From Macrostomum lignano (taxonomy: Eukaryota), in assembly GCA_002269645.1 (NCBI GenBank), contig NIVC01003008.1, forward strand, positions 1-64,000: a DNA stretch of 64,000 nucleotides, given 5' to 3'. Shown here one piece after another: positions 42,700 through 57,150 of the stretch (the first letter of the stretch is position 1; the number at the start of each line of letters is the position of its first letter). The notes under the pieces are model-generated. The model was not told where the DNA came from and made no database searches. It saw nothing but the letters and a program-made list of their open reading frames with translations. Position numbers and translations under genes: made by a program.

Positions 42700-42822
42700 C
42701 TGTGGACACCCTGGTGCAACACCTTCGCCTTGGGCATGTGCCACCCCCTCCGCAGCCAGGAATCGAACCAGGGGACGATGGTGCGAGAGTCAGGCGGGTT
42801 CAGCGCTGAGCTGCACTGAAGC
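42700..42822 (-). mobile_element. tRNA-like Pol III head, probably a truncated SINE
   Basis: The minus strand has a perfect B box GGTTCGATTCC (42769-42759) and an A-box-like CAGCTCAGCGC upstream. No TSD or tail was found. Confidence 0.55.
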
Positions 42823-43519
42823 TAATTACAATATCGACTTGATCCAATATTATTCCGTCGTTAGCTAGTTTAAAATTCATAAGCCAATCTACTTAAATTA
42901 AGTTTTCCAAATTGATTTTCAATCGGCTTTGGACACAACTTGGCAAAAAACGCTGTTACCATGGCGAAGAAACTGGAGAGATTTTGTAGTTTCAAATATC
43001 GATCGCTCAGGGTCTTTTTTTGGGGGCGGGTCGAGGGATGAAGCTTGGCTTGAAAAGGCGGAGACTGGGGGGGGGGACAAGTTGAGGGGATCGATTGAGC
43101 AAAATTTTGAAACAATACATGAGCTTGAGTTCCCTCCCATAATACTCTGTAGACTGGCTAGTGCTTTTGTGTTTAGCAAGCGGCTTGGCTGCTCAGGTGA
43201 GCAGTTGTGGTCTCAGCGGTGTTGGAGCAGGCAGTATTCTTTATGGCTAAAAGCGATCGATAAACGGTAACTATTGGAGAATATGGGGACTATTTCTTCA
43301 ACGCAACTAGACCCAGCAAACAGCTTCTATGCTTACATATGGGAACGATGTTCTGCCTATACTTTTGCTTTTAAAAAGACATCAGTCTGGTGTTATCATT
43401 TATATATCTATCTCATGTTTAGCTGACTCTGTCTCTACATACATCTTCATCCATACATCTCGGTCTCCTCTAATCTCTATCTGTACCTGTATATCTAATC
43501 TCCATCCTAAATCCCCATT

Positions 43520-43970
43520 TTCTATCTCTACCTCTATCTCTATCTCTATCTCTACCTCTATCTCTATCTCAACCTCTATCTCTATCTCTATATCTCTATC
43601 TCTATATCTATCGTTATCTATATCTATACCTTTATCTCTAATCTCTATCTCTAGTCTCTAGTCTCTATCTATATCTATATATCTATCTCTAATCTCCATA
43701 TCAACCTCTATCTCTATCTCTATCTCAACCTTTATTTCTATCTCTAGTCTCTATCTGTATCTCTAATCTCTATCTCTATCTCTATCTCTATCTTAATCTT
43801 TATCTCTATCTTTAGTCTCTATCTCTATCTCTAATCTCTATCTCTATCTCTATCTCTATCTTAATCTTTATCTCTATCTTTAGTCTCTATCTCTATCTCT
43901 AGTCCCTATCTATATCTCTCTATCTCTATCGATCGATCTCTATCGCTACGGCTATCTATATATATATCTA
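43520..43970. repeat. (TCTCTA)n-type degenerate repeat
   Basis: Direct reading. Confidence 0.9.
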
Positions 43971-44569
43971 ATCTTTATTTTTTTATCTGTCTAATCTCGA
44001 CTCCAAAAACTCAACGATATGCGACAATGCGATCTCTGATTTTTCCTCAACTTTTTTCTTGTCAAATGGGTTGCATGGAGCATCATCTGGTGAGTGCAAT
44101 TTAGTGAGTTTATCACAAAGACAATCTAAGGTCAAATTCTACCCAAGTGAGTGAATGTGACCTCACTGACTCCCGCAGTCAATCCTATAGATGCTCTTCG
44201 TGGCGTGTTTTGCAATTTTTTTCTGGTAGAAAGACAATGAAAACACAAGCCTATTTGATCAGTTCAATAAGTGAAGATCTGAAAAAAGACTATTCACAAA
44301 TGTAGACTCTTTCACGTCATTGCCTCAGTGCTTCTTTTGTCTTTTTCTGAGTCAAAGTCTCTATCAAAGGACACGTCATACAAATTTCCCAGTGATAATA
44401 GAGTTTGTTTTAGTTTGCTTTGCTGGTGGGGAACATATAGGGGAGCACAGCCAAGGTCATCATAGACTTCTGCAGGGTAGAGTCTGGACTGAATTCTTTT
44501 TAGTCTGTAAACAGCCTTTGACAGGACATCCTGTCGACAGGACATTTGGCACCTAGGACATCCCAGTGT

Positions 44570-45075
44570 AGAGTTTAGGATACCCCAGTCTGGAGCATAG
44601 GACACTCAGTTTAGGACACCCCAGTTTGGAGTTTAGGACACCCCAGTTTGGAGTTTAGGACACCCCAGTTTGGAGTTTAGGACACCCCAAGTGTGGAGTT
44701 TGGGACATCCAGTGTGGAGTTTAGGACACCCCAGTTTAAAGTTGAGGACACCCCAGTTTAAAGTTGAGGACACCCAGTTTGGAGTTTAGGACACCCCAGT
44801 TTAAAGTTGAAGACACCCCAGTTTAAAGTTGAGGACACCCCAGTTTAAAGTTGAGGACACCCCAGATTGGAGAGTAGGACACCCCCATTTAGGAACTTAA
44901 GACACCCCCATTTCGGAACTTAAGACACCCCCATTTAGGAACTTAAGACACCCCCATTTAGGAACTTAAGACACCCCCATTTAGGAACTTAAGACACCCC
45001 CATTTAGGAACTTAAGACACCCCCATTTAGGAACTTAAGACACCCCCATTTAGGAACTTAAGACACCCCAGCTTG
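44570..45075. repeat. 21-23-bp GACACCCC minisatellite whose unit changes along the array
   Basis: Direct reading. Confidence 0.93.
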
Positions 45076-45774
45076 AGACTTTTTCGACAGGACTTTCCTT
45101 CCAGTCCATATTTAGCATGCACACAGTGTATTCAGTAAATATAAGTAATAGCTCGTATAAAGACTGCTCAACCTCACTACGCGGGCTGGTAGAACAATGG
45201 AATCTCATGTCACGGATATGGGATAATTCGGTGTTGAGAGGTAACTTATATATCACCTTCGAAGGACGCTATTGCTAATCAGAGCATGGGTCTCTAGTCA
45301 CACCCTACCGTGGCTCACTTTTTCTTCAAACAATGACAACAAACGGTGGCGCACTGGGCAGTAATAAAGCTGTAGATGATTGAACGAGTGAGGTAAAAAT
45401 TCTGACTCACTGCATCGTAACTCACCCGTAGCGTTATGTATGCTTTATGCTATGTAGTTGGGGCGTTTTTTGGGGATGCCGCGATGAACAATCCTTCTCA
45501 TTGTTCATTCATATCCATTGTTGGCGGGAACTTTTCTGTATAATGCTATGACCGAAAAGGTGTAAATAATATCTTAGAAATTGGCTAGAGGCCGATAAAG
45601 AACGCATTTTTTGTATGCTAGAGAACGCAAAGTGAAACTTTATAAATTTTTTTTTAGTTTCTAAAATTGTTATTTATGCAGTTTTAAAGCAAGTCAATGG
45701 TCGCCAAAATTATTTAACGGCATATGTTTGCTAACGACAGATAGAGAATCTGGAGCGTGACTGCGAGACAGACG

Positions 45775-46115
45775 AGAGAGTAGAGGGAATGGAGAGAGTA
45801 GAGAGAGATGAGAGGAGAGAGGAAAGAAGAGAGGAGAGAGGAAAGAGGAGAGAGAGGAGAGGAGAGAGGAGAGTAGAGAGTGAAGAGAAGAGAGTAGAGA
45901 AGAGAAGAGAAAGGAGATAGGAGAGAGGAGAAGAGAGAAGAGAAGAGAGAAGAGAGAAGAGAGAAGAGAGAAGAGAGAAGAGAGAAGAGAAGAGAGTAGA
46001 GAAGAGAGAAGAGAGAAGAGAGGAGAGAGGAAAGAGGAGAGAAGAGAGAGAAGAAAGAAGAGAGGAGAGAAGAGAGTAGAGAAGAGAGAAGAGAGGAGAG
46101 AGGAGAGAAGAGAGC
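45775..46115. repeat. GA-rich low-complexity tract
   Basis: Direct reading. Confidence 0.9.
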
Positions 46116-46175
46116 TGAGAAAGCCCCGAGCAAGCCGGATTGCTATTCTGAAGTCTCAATGGATCCGAGGCTTTT

Positions 46176-46208
46176 GCGGGTCGCATGTGGCCCGCGGGCC
46201 GGGAGTTG
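46176..46208 (+). mobile_element. Possible subterminal fragment of a hAT (Charlie/Buster-type) MITE
   Basis: GCGGGTCGCATGTGGCCCGCGGGCCGGGAGTTG resembles the GCGGGCCGCANNNGGCCCGCGGGCCGNNNGTT subterminal motif (recalled, not searched). Confidence 0.4.
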
Positions 46209-46631
46209 TCGAGTTTGCTTTCATTTCCAGTGATCCAAAGGTCCCTGAAATACTACATTAGCAGTGTGTTTGCCCCTGTATCCCCTAGGCCAAGATCAAC
46301 ATCACACAGTCATACGGAATATAACAAAGCCAAAATAGCAGGCGAAAAAGCCATATGAAGATGAAGTGTCAACTAACCCAGTTCCTGGGTCACAGCGGAT
46401 CATCATTGTTCTCACCTGTCATGCATTATTTACACACAGTAATCTTATATCATCAGTTATTTGCGGCAATCGTATTGTATGCATAGTAACGTGCGATATG
46501 CATATGATATCCTTTGTCTACACGCAGAAATTAATAATGTGACGGTAGAATCTATAGAATCAATGAGGATATACTTATAGAGCTTGAGTGCGAGACCAGT
46601 TTCTTTAAAAATTACATTAAAGAGTTTGCAC

Positions 46632-47235
46632 CGCGCCACAGATTATATTGGCGCCCCACAAATTAGATTGGCGCCCCACAAATTAGATTGGCGCCACACA
46701 AATTAGTTTGGCGCCACACAAATTGGTTTGGCGCCACACAAATTAGTTTGGCGCCACATAAATTAGATTTGCGGCACACAAATTAGTTTGGTGCCACACA
46801 AATTAGATAGGCGCCACAAAAATTAAACTGGCACCACACAGATTAGATTGGCGCCACACAAATTAGATTGGCTCCACACAACTTAAATTGGCGCCACACA
46901 AATTAGATTGGCGCCACACAAATCAGATAGGCACCACACAAATTAGATTGGCGCCACACAGATTAGATTGGCGCCACACAAATTAGATAGGCACCACAAA
47001 AATTAGATTGGCGCCACACAGATTAGACTGGCGCCACATGGAATAGATTAACGCCACACAAATTAGATTGGCGCCACACAAATTAGATTGGCGCCACACA
47101 AATTAGATTAGCGCCACACAAATTAGATTGGCGCCACACGGAATAGATTGGCGCCACACCAATTAGATTGGCGGCACAAAAATTGGATTGGCGACACACA
47201 AATTAGGTTGGCGCCACAAAAGTTGGATGGGCGCC
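46632..47235. repeat. 20-bp minisatellite (GGCGCCACACAAATTAGATT)
   Basis: Direct reading. Confidence 0.95.
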
Positions 47236-47776
47236 CCCTAAGGGTAAAAGCTATGTTTAGCTAAGCAGGGGCAGCTATTCAGAATCACAGAAAAGTTGGC
47301 TTCCACTCAGAGGCATGATGAGTAAGCGGCATAAAAAAGCACACAACTAACATGCACACCCATAAAATACATGCAGTTGGCTGGTTGCTTAGGAAAGCGC
47401 GATTGTAAATCACTTCCGCTATTTGACTTTCTGCTCCACAGCTACAACATATTCAACTCTCATCATTGAGCTGCACTCAGCGCTGTGCTCATTTTCCACT
47501 TTTTCTTTTTTCTATCCATATTGGTTTTCTGATTAATTTCTGTGCCTAATTCTTTAAGTTGAACATTATGAAGGGCTTCTGTGTACCTGTGTGCGATTTC
47601 TAATAATGTAATGAAGAACTGTAGGAAGAGAAAGAGGATTATGGATTAGTAAAGAGGAATGGGAAATAAAAGAATTAAGAAGTGGGAGCAGAGCGAGAGT
47701 AGTGGCAGGAACGATTAATGTTCTACGTACTTTTTCAAATGTATTTGCTGCAACAAACACTAAATCTAGAAATTTC

Positions 47777-50700
47777 TACCTAAACTTCACAAACCCTATT
47801 ACCTAAACTTCACATACCCATTACTTAAACTTCACAAACCCTATTACCTAAACTTCACAAACCCTATTACCTGAACTTCACAAACCCTATTGCCTAAACT
47901 TCACAAACCCTATTACCTGAACTTCACAAACCCTATTACTTAAACTTCACAAACCCTATTACCTAAACTTCACAAACCCTATTACCTAAACTTCACAAAC
48001 CCTATTACCTGAACTTCACAAACCCTATTACTTAAACTTCACAAACCCTATTACCTAAACTTCACAAACCCTATTACCTAAACTTCACAAACCTATTACC
48101 TAAACTTCACTGACCCTATTACCTAAACTTCACTGACCCTATTACCTAAACTTCACAAACCCTATTACCTAAACTTCACAAACCCTATGACCTAAACTTC
48201 ACAAACCCTATTACCTGAACTTCACAAACCCTATTACCTAAACTTCACAAACCCTATTACCTAAACTTCACAAACCCTATTACCTAAACTTCACAAACCC
48301 TATGACCTAAACTTCACAAACCCTATTACCTGAACTTCACAAACCCTATTACCTAAACTTCACTGACCCTATTACCTAAACTTCACAAACCCTATTACCT
48401 AAACTTCACAAACCTATTACCTAAACTTCACTGACCCTATTACCTAAACTTCACTGACCCTATTACCTAAACTTCACAAACCCTATTACCTAAACTTCAC
48501 AAACCCTATGACCTAAACTTCACAAACCCTATTACCTAAACTTCACAAACCCTATTACCTAAACTTCACTGACCCTATTACCTAAACTTCACAAACCCTA
48601 TTACCTAAACTTCACAAACCTATTACCTAAACTTCACTGACCCTATTACCTAAACTTCACTGACCCTATTACCTAAACTTCACAAACCCTATTACCTAAA
48701 CTTCACAAACCCTATGACCTAAACTTCACAAACCCTATTACCTAAACTTCACAAACCCTATTACCTAAACTTCACTGACCCTATTACCTAAACTTCACAA
48801 ACCCTATTACCTAAACTTCACAAACCTATTACCTAAACTTCACTGACCCTATTACCTAAACTTCACTGACCCTATTACCTAAACTTCACAAACCCTATTA
48901 CCTAAACTTCACAAACCCTATTACCTGAACTTCACAAACCCTATTACCTAAACTTCACTGACCCTATTACCTAAACTTCACAAACCCTATTACCTAAACT
49001 TCACAAACCCTATTACCTAAACTTCACAAACCCATTACTTAAACTTCACAAACCCATTACCTAAACTTCACTGACCCTATGACCTAAACTTCACAAACCC
49101 TATTACCTAAACTTCACAAACCCTATTACCTAAAATTCACAAACCCTATTACCTAAACTTCACAAACCCTATTACCTAAACTTCACTGACCCTATTACCT
49201 AAACTTCACAAACCCTATTACCTAAACTTCACAAACCCTATGACCTAAACTTCACAAACCCTATTACCTAAACTTCACAAACCCTATTACCTAAACTTCA
49301 CTGACCCTATTACCTAAACTTCACAAACCCTATTACCTAAACTTCACAAACCCTATGACCTAAACTTCACAAACCCTATTACCTAAACTTCACTGACCCT
49401 ATTACCTAAACTTCACTGACCCTATTACCTAAACTTCACAAACCCTATTACCTAAACTTCACAAACCCTATGACCTAAACTTCACAAACCCTATTACCTA
49501 AACTTCACAAACCCTATTACCTAAACTTCACTGACCCTATTACCTAAACTTCACAAACCCTATTACCTAAACTTCACAAACCTATTACCTAAACTTCACT
49601 GACCCTATTACCTAAACTTCACTGACCCTATTACCTAAACTTCACAAACCCTATTACCTAAACTTCACAAACCCTATTACCTGAACTTCACAAACCCTAT
49701 TACCTAAACTTCACTGACCCTATTACCTAAACTTCACAAACCCTATTACCTAAACTTCACAAACCCTATTACCTAAACTTCACAAACCCATTACTTAAAC
49801 TTCACAAACCCATTACCTAAACTTCACTGACCCTATGACCTAAACTTCACAAACCCTATTACCTAAACTTCACAAACCCTATGACCTAAACTTCACAAAC
49901 CCTATTACCTAAACTTCACTGACCCTATTACCTAAACTTCACTGACCCTATTACCTAAACTTCACAAACCCTATTACCTAAACTTCACAAACCCTATGAC
50001 CTAAACTTCACAAACCCTATTACCTAAACTTCACTGACCCTATTACCTAAACTTCACTGACCCTATTACCTAAACTTCACAAACCCTATTACCTAAACTT
50101 CACAAACCCTATGACCTAAACTTCACAAACCCTATTACCTAAACTTTACAAACCCTATGACCTAAACTTCACAAACCCTATTACCTAAACTTCACAAACC
50201 CTATTACCTAAACTTCACAAACCTATTACCTAAACTTCACTGACCCTATTACCTAAACTTCACTGACCCTATTACCTAAACTTCACAAACCCTATTACCT
50301 AAACTTCACAAACCCTATGACCTAAACTTCACAAACCCTATTACCTGAACTTCACAAACCCTATTACCTAAACTTCACTGACCCTATTACCTAAACTTCA
50401 CAAACCCTATTACCTAAACTTCACAAACCCATTACTTAAACTTCACAAACCCATTACCTAAACTTCACTGACCCTATGACCTAAACTTCACAAACCCTAT
50501 TACCTAAACTTCACAAACCCTATGACCTAAACTTCACAAACCCTATTACCTAAACTTCACTGACCCTATTACCTAAACTTCACTGACCCTATTACCTAAA
50601 CTTCACAAACCCTATTACCTAAACTTCACAAACCCTATGACCTAAACTTCACAAACCCTATTACCTGAACTTCACAAACCCTATTACCTAAACTTCACAA

Positions 50701-51046
50701 ACCCTATTACCTAAACTTCACAAACCCATTACTTAAACTTCACAAACCCATTACCTAAACTTCACTGACCCTATGACCTAAACTTCACAAACCCTATGAC
50801 CTAAACTTCACAAACCCTATGACCTAAACTTCACAAACCCTATTACCTAAACTTCACTGACCCTATTACCTAAACTTCACTGACCCTATTACCTAAACTT
50901 CACAAACCCTATTACCTAAACTTCACAAACCCTATGACCTAAACTTCACAAACCCTATTACCTAAACTTCACTGACCCTATTACCTAAACTTCACTGACC
51001 CTATTACCTAAACTTCACAAACCCATTACCTAAACTTCACAAACCC
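47777..51046. repeat. 23-bp minisatellite (CCTAAACTTCACAAACCCTATTA) with higher-order structure
   Basis: About 140 copies; variant monomers recur in an ordered pattern. Confidence 0.98.
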
Positions 51047-51754
51047 AAGCCGAAACAAGCCATTAATTATTAAAATGATGTAAACATTGTTCGCTTCCCC
51101 TGTCAGATATGATGAGCTTCCTAAAATCTCCTTTGTTCAAAAAACTTCTCATATATGCATCGATTTGTTTAGCAATGGGGAATTTTTCGCGTGTAGAACA
51201 TGCCCAGCAGCTCAGACATTGCAAAGCTTGTTTTCCCTATTTTTCCTGGAAGCACCTGTTCTAATAAACTTTCTCTCTCATGAAGGGAAAAGCTTCCCTT
51301 CCGCCCCATCCCATGGAGTGCCCGCCCCGCCAAACCCAGATGAATGAATATTAATGAACCCGCCCTATGCCAGCCAAAAAATGTTCCTCCGTGGGCTCGG
51401 CAAGAGAAATATAAATGCTTTTGCAGAGGAAAAATCCGGCATAGAAGCATGAATTCAGAATTTGAAAGACAATGGGGTGTTTGAGTGATGAGTATTGTTG
51501 TTTTTTTACACTTTTTTTTCAATCATTGTCTATCCGCGCTTACTAATGGAAATTTGACAGATAGAGCTGCTGGGTTTCTTTGTTTTTCTTGGGAAAAAAG
51601 TTTGAGTACGCGTTTCTATGGCGCCACTTTCAGTGGGTCTAAAATCAGGGAGTTTTTTAGCGTTAAAAATTTCCTGTTTGAACGCTGCAGTCTAATGAAT
51701 TCATTTTTCATATTAGATAGTGTGCCATTTTGTGTCCTAGAAGATGCCTTTTTA

Positions 51755-52520
51755 ATCTGGGAGGTGCCATTTTCTATCTGGGAGGTGCCATTTTCTATCT
51801 GGGAGGTGCCATTTTCTATCTGGGAGGTGCCATTTTCTATCTGGGAGGTGCCATTTTTATTTTTATCTGGGAAGCGATACATTTTATATGGGAGGTGCCA
51901 TTTTCTATCTGGGTGTTCCATCTCTATCTGGGAGGTGCCATTTTCTATCTGGGTGTTCCATCTCTATCTGGGAGGTGCCATTTTCTATCTGGGTGTTCCA
52001 TCTCTATCTGGGAGGTGCCATTTTCTATCTGGGTGTTCCATCTCTATCTGGGAGGTGCCATTTTCTATCTGGGAGGTGCCATTTTTATTTTTATCTGGGA
52101 AGCGATACATTTTATATGGGAGGTGCCATTTTCTATCTGGGTGTTCCATCTCTATCTGGGAGGTGCCATTTTCTATCTGGGTGTTCCATCTCTATCTGGG
52201 AGGTGCCATTTTCTATCTGGGAGGTGCCATTTTTATTTTTATCTGGGAAGCGATACATTTTATATGGGAGGTGCCATTTTCTATCTGGGTGTTCCATCTC
52301 TATCTGGGAGGTGCCATTTTGTATCTGGGAAGTGCCATTTTTATCTGGGTGTTCCATCTCTATCTGGGAGGTGCCATTTTGTATCTGGAAAGTGCCATTT
52401 TTATCTGGGAGGTGCCATTTTTATCTGGGAGGTGCCATTTTTATCTGGGAGGTGCCATTTTTTATCTCAGAGGCGATACTTTTTATCTGGGAGGTGCCAT
52501 TTTTATTTGGGAGGTGCCAT
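51755..52520. repeat. 21-bp minisatellite (GGGAGGTGCCATTTTCTATCT) with larger duplicated blocks
   Basis: Direct reading. Confidence 0.95.
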
Positions 52521-52987
52521 TTTTTATTGTTTAACATCTTTTTCATATATTTACAGTCTAATAAATTTGTGCATGCTTCCACTTTCCACAAGATAACAAC
52601 TGTAATGCTTAATGAAAGAATATTTACGAAAAATTGTAATAACAATCCTTTGAAGCTAGCTCACTCTTTTGAAACCGACCCCCATTATAACAAACTATAG
52701 GTCTATTTACAATTTAATTACAGTTCATGATGAGAGCCGAAACCCTCAAGAGTTGTGTGGCAGTTGTCTGCCACAAGCTGAAGTAGTGATGAAACGAGAT
52801 TAACGATTGTTTAAGTAAATGGACTGCATTGAACCAATCCATAAGCTATGAGGGATGTAGGCAATGATGAAGAGAAAAATGTCTCCAAACTGTCTTAGAA
52901 GCGCAGCTACAGATGCCTTTTTATACTGCACTATCTGGCCGGCCAAAAGAAAAAATATATTACCTATTTCTTGCGGTTCTGGGTTAT

Positions 52988-53750
52988 ATTTTAGCGCCAC
53001 TAGAACTCCATATTTTGGCGCCACTAGAACTCCATATTTTGGCGCCACAATAAATCATATTTGGCGCCACTAGAACTCCATATTTTAGCGCCACTAGAAC
53101 TCCATATTTTAGCGCCATTAGAACTCCATATTTTAGCGCCATTAGAACTCCATATTTTGGCGCCACTAGAACTCCATATTTTAGCGCCACTAGAACTCCA
53201 TATTTTAGCGCCATTAGAACTCCATATTTTGGCGCCACTAGAACCCCATATTTTAGCGCCACTAGAACCCCATATTTTGGCGCCACTAGAACTCCATATT
53301 TTAGCGCCACTAGAACTCCATATTTTAGCGCCATTAGAACTCCATATTTTGGCGCCACTAGAACCCCATATTTTAGCGCCACTAGAACCCCATATTTTGG
53401 CGCCACTAGAACCCCATATTTTAGCGCCACTAGAACTCCATATTTTAGCGCCACTAGAACCCCATATTTTAGCGCCACTAAAACTCCATATTTAGCGCCA
53501 CTAGAACTCCATATTTTGGCGCCACTAGAACCCCATATTTTAGCGCCACTAAAACTCCATATTTAGCGCCACTAGAACTCCATATTTAGCGCCACTGGAA
53601 CCCATTTTTGGCGCCACTACAAATCATATTTGGCGCCACTAGAACTACATATTTTAGCGCCACTAGAACTCCATATTTAGCGCCACTGGAACCCATTTTT
53701 TAGCGCCACTAGAACCCCATATTTTAGCGCCACTAGAACCCATATTTTGG
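52988..53750. repeat. 24-bp-type minisatellite (GCGCCACTAGAACTCCATATTTTR)
   Basis: Direct reading; gives the 8-aa periodic pseudo-ORFs. Confidence 0.95.
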
Positions 53751-54259
53751 TTTTTTTCAAAAAAATGAAAAAACGGAATGGCTATAATGTATCAAAAGAG
53801 GTCAATTTCGTTTCTATAATTGACTTCGTAGGACAGGAGAATAAAGAGATGAGGGGCCTTACGTAGATCTCTCTCCAACTAGTAACTATAATTTGAGTAC
53901 GAAAGAATATACCGTAGAGAAAAGATCTAGCCCAACAATCATCATTCAGTCACCTGTTGAGTGTATTAAACAAACGGACAAAAAACCCGGCTCAGATGCG
54001 GCGCACTTCAAAGGGTTGGCTATAACTGCATTGAAAAGCCAAAAAACTGTGTCTAAGCCGTCCTGTGTAGGTAACCCTGAGTTGTGGACCTAAAGTAAGC
54101 AATGCCTTAGCGACTGGGGCTGAGTCTAATGTAACATCACTCCAGCTCATCATCTATAGACGATGGCGCATATGGTTGAGATGGAACGGACTTCCAAACT
54201 CAGAAACTTTTTTCTAAGAATGGAAACCTCAGTAGTTGTGGAGGTAAAAATCGTATTGA

Positions 54260-54390
54260 ATGCTTTAAAAGCTTAGTCATCTCACGCGACTGTTGTAGGG
54301 AATGAATTCCAAGGGTCTGCTCTAAACTCATTGATTTGTTACGAGATGTGGTTGCGCTGGTGTACAAGCACTGTTTTAGCGGCTTTCAAT
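54260..54390 (-). mobile_element. Possible decayed LINE ORF2 3' end
   Basis: The minus strand reads ADPWNSFPTTVA*DD*AFK, resembling the WNSLP..VV...FK C-terminal motif of CR1/L2-type ORF2. It is short and stop-interrupted. Confidence 0.25.
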
Positions 54391-54400
54391 GTCTGTCGGT

Positions 54401-54692
54401 TTGGGATCTGAGAGGGTGTCATTTGGGGATCTGAGAGGGTGTCATTTGGGGATCTGAGAGGGTGTCATTTATAGATCTGAGAGGGTGTCATTTGGGGATC
54501 TGAGAGGGTGTCATTTGGGGATCTGAAAGGGTGTCATTTGGGGATATGAGAGGGTGTCATTTGGGGATCTGAGAGGGTGTCATTTGGGGATCTGAAAGGG
54601 TGTCATTTGGGGATCTGAAAGGGTGTCATTTGGGGATCTGAGAGGGTGTCATTTGGGGATCTGAGAGGGTGTCATTCGGGTGTCTCAGAGGG
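54401..54692 (+). repeat. Third array of the GGGATCTGAGAGGGTGTCATTTG minisatellite
   Basis: Same unit as 19744-20737. Confidence 0.96.
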
Positions 54693-55109
54693 TAGACACA
54701 AAAATTAGTGCTTCTATTTTGTAATTTTTGAATAGGCATTTTCAAGCTTTAGCAATGTCTGCAGTTGCCCTTAAACGACCCGCCCCGTTTTAAGTGGTCT
54801 TTTCAAAAAGTATTGCCTGCTTTCAGATTTGCAGCAGAGCTTTTGGGTCACAAAATGGCATTAAAATGTGTGTCTGTCATTCATTCCGCGTACTATGGGG
54901 ATTTTCTTGGATTTCTGCCACCAGTAAAAGACGCGAAACCCGCGCAGGAGAGGGTCAAGAAAGGCAAGCAGTTTGATTGTGTGGCTGTAATCCATAAATC
55001 CCCATTGCTCTCTGCCTTAGGGATTTGCGAATTCCTGTGTTTGTGAAAACTCTGCTTTCTTTTTTATGAATATCACTGTTCTGCTGGCAATTCTGTCTGC
55101 GTCTGGCTG

Positions 55110-55530
<421 letters not shown>

Positions 55531-56604
55531 AGCTAGGCTGTATTTTGGCCGTATTTTTTTCATTTATTTTCTATTTAGTCTCCATTTTGATTCCATACTG
55601 GATCTCTCAAGCATTATGCTTAAAAGCAGTCTAGATTTTCGTAGACTTCGGTAAATCCCTTTGCGTACAAGCGAACATGTTTTTAAAAATCTTTATTTAC
55701 CCCCCGCAAACACAGTCCCTCTCTACCCTTCGATCTGCTGGTCGCTTCAGCGATCTGTGTTTTCAATTCCTTTCCAAACTTTTTGCATCCCAGCATCAGC
55801 ATCAGCGGAACCGGTCATCATCGCGGCGTCAGTAAGTTTTAGTTTTGATTAAACTTTTCAAGAATAATAATAATAGTAATTATAAAATGCTGAGTCATGC
55901 CTCGCCGAAGTCATTATACAGTCCATAGATATGCCTGCTCCCCTATATTGGCTGGGCCGTCTTATCTCACGAATGAGAGCGAAACCAGGACCTCACAGGC
56001 TCTCATAATGCAGGACTGTTGACACGTATTACCCCATGGCCTCTCAGGCTCCGCACTCATCCCGCGCTTCTCCCAGCAGCTTGTCCAGCGACTTACTTAA
56101 GTCTACAAAAGCCCCCTCTCTTGTGAAACTAACCCCACTCATACACACTCACACACACTTCCCTAAGGGTTGGGATTTGCGAATTTTACTAGCGAAAGGA
56201 GGGGAGAAGAGAGAGGAGGGAAGAGTGTAAGAGTGGACTGAAGTGGCTTGGCGGGCCTTGGGATGCTCATTTTAGCTTGGGCTTGGGATGCATTGCCGGT
56301 TTTTTTCAGTTTCTTAATAGAACTGATCCGAGACAGACAGAGGGCTTTGTTATTCATTAATTCGCTAGGCCGTTTTTTAGCAACGAAAATTAAATCGCCC
56401 GAAGGGATTCTTCGCGTATTACATTGTTACGTAACTGTCCATTCATTACGGTTCGGTTCGTAACATTAGCAGATCTCCGTAATCACTCTTAATCAACTGG
56501 GAAACTTGTCAAAAAATCTGTCCTGTGGCAAAACTGAGGGCCAACTACGAGAGGGTTCTGTGAGATCTGTGCTCTGTGTTCACCTTTCTATCGTTATCTC
56601 TGCT

Positions 56605-57150
56605 GTAATCTCTATCTCTAGTCTCTAGTCTCTAGACTATAGTCTCTACTATCTATCTCTATCTCTACTCTATAGATGCTAGTCTCTAGTCTCTAGTCTC
56701 TAGTCTCTAGTCTCTATAGTATCTAGTCTCTATCTCTATCTCTATCTCTAGTCTCTAGTTTTTTGTCTCTATTCTCTATAGTCTCTAGTATCTATCTCTA
56801 TCTCTATCTCTAGTTTCTAGTGTCTAGTAGTTATCTCTACCTCTAGTCTCTAATCTCTAGTCTCTAGTCTCTAGTCTCTATAGTATCTAGTCTCTATCTC
56901 TATCTCTATCTCTAGTCTCTAGTTTTTTGTCTCTTTTCTCTATAGTCTCTAGTATCTATCTCTATCTCTATCTCTATCTCTAGTCTCTATAGTCTCTAGT
57001 ATCTATCTCTATCTCTATCTCCATCTCTAGTCTCTATAGTCTCTAGTATCTATCTCTATCTCTATCTCTAGTTTCTAGTGTCTAGTATTTATCTCTACCT
57101 CTAGTCTCTAGTCTCTAGTCTCTATCTAGTCTTTATCTCAATTTCCATTC
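56605..57150. repeat. TCTCTA/GTCTCTA degenerate repeat
   Basis: Direct reading. Confidence 0.9.

Noticed and set aside
44312-44510. Protein-like minus-strand ORF (LKRIQSRLYPAEVYDDLG...) in intron 2
   Set aside because: No recognisable domain, a weak donor and no partner exons; a BLAST search is needed.
47777-51046. Interstitial telomeric repeat (AACCCT/CCTAAA motifs)
   Set aside because: No tandem TTAGGG or TTTAGGG units; the motifs are isolated parts of a 23-mer.
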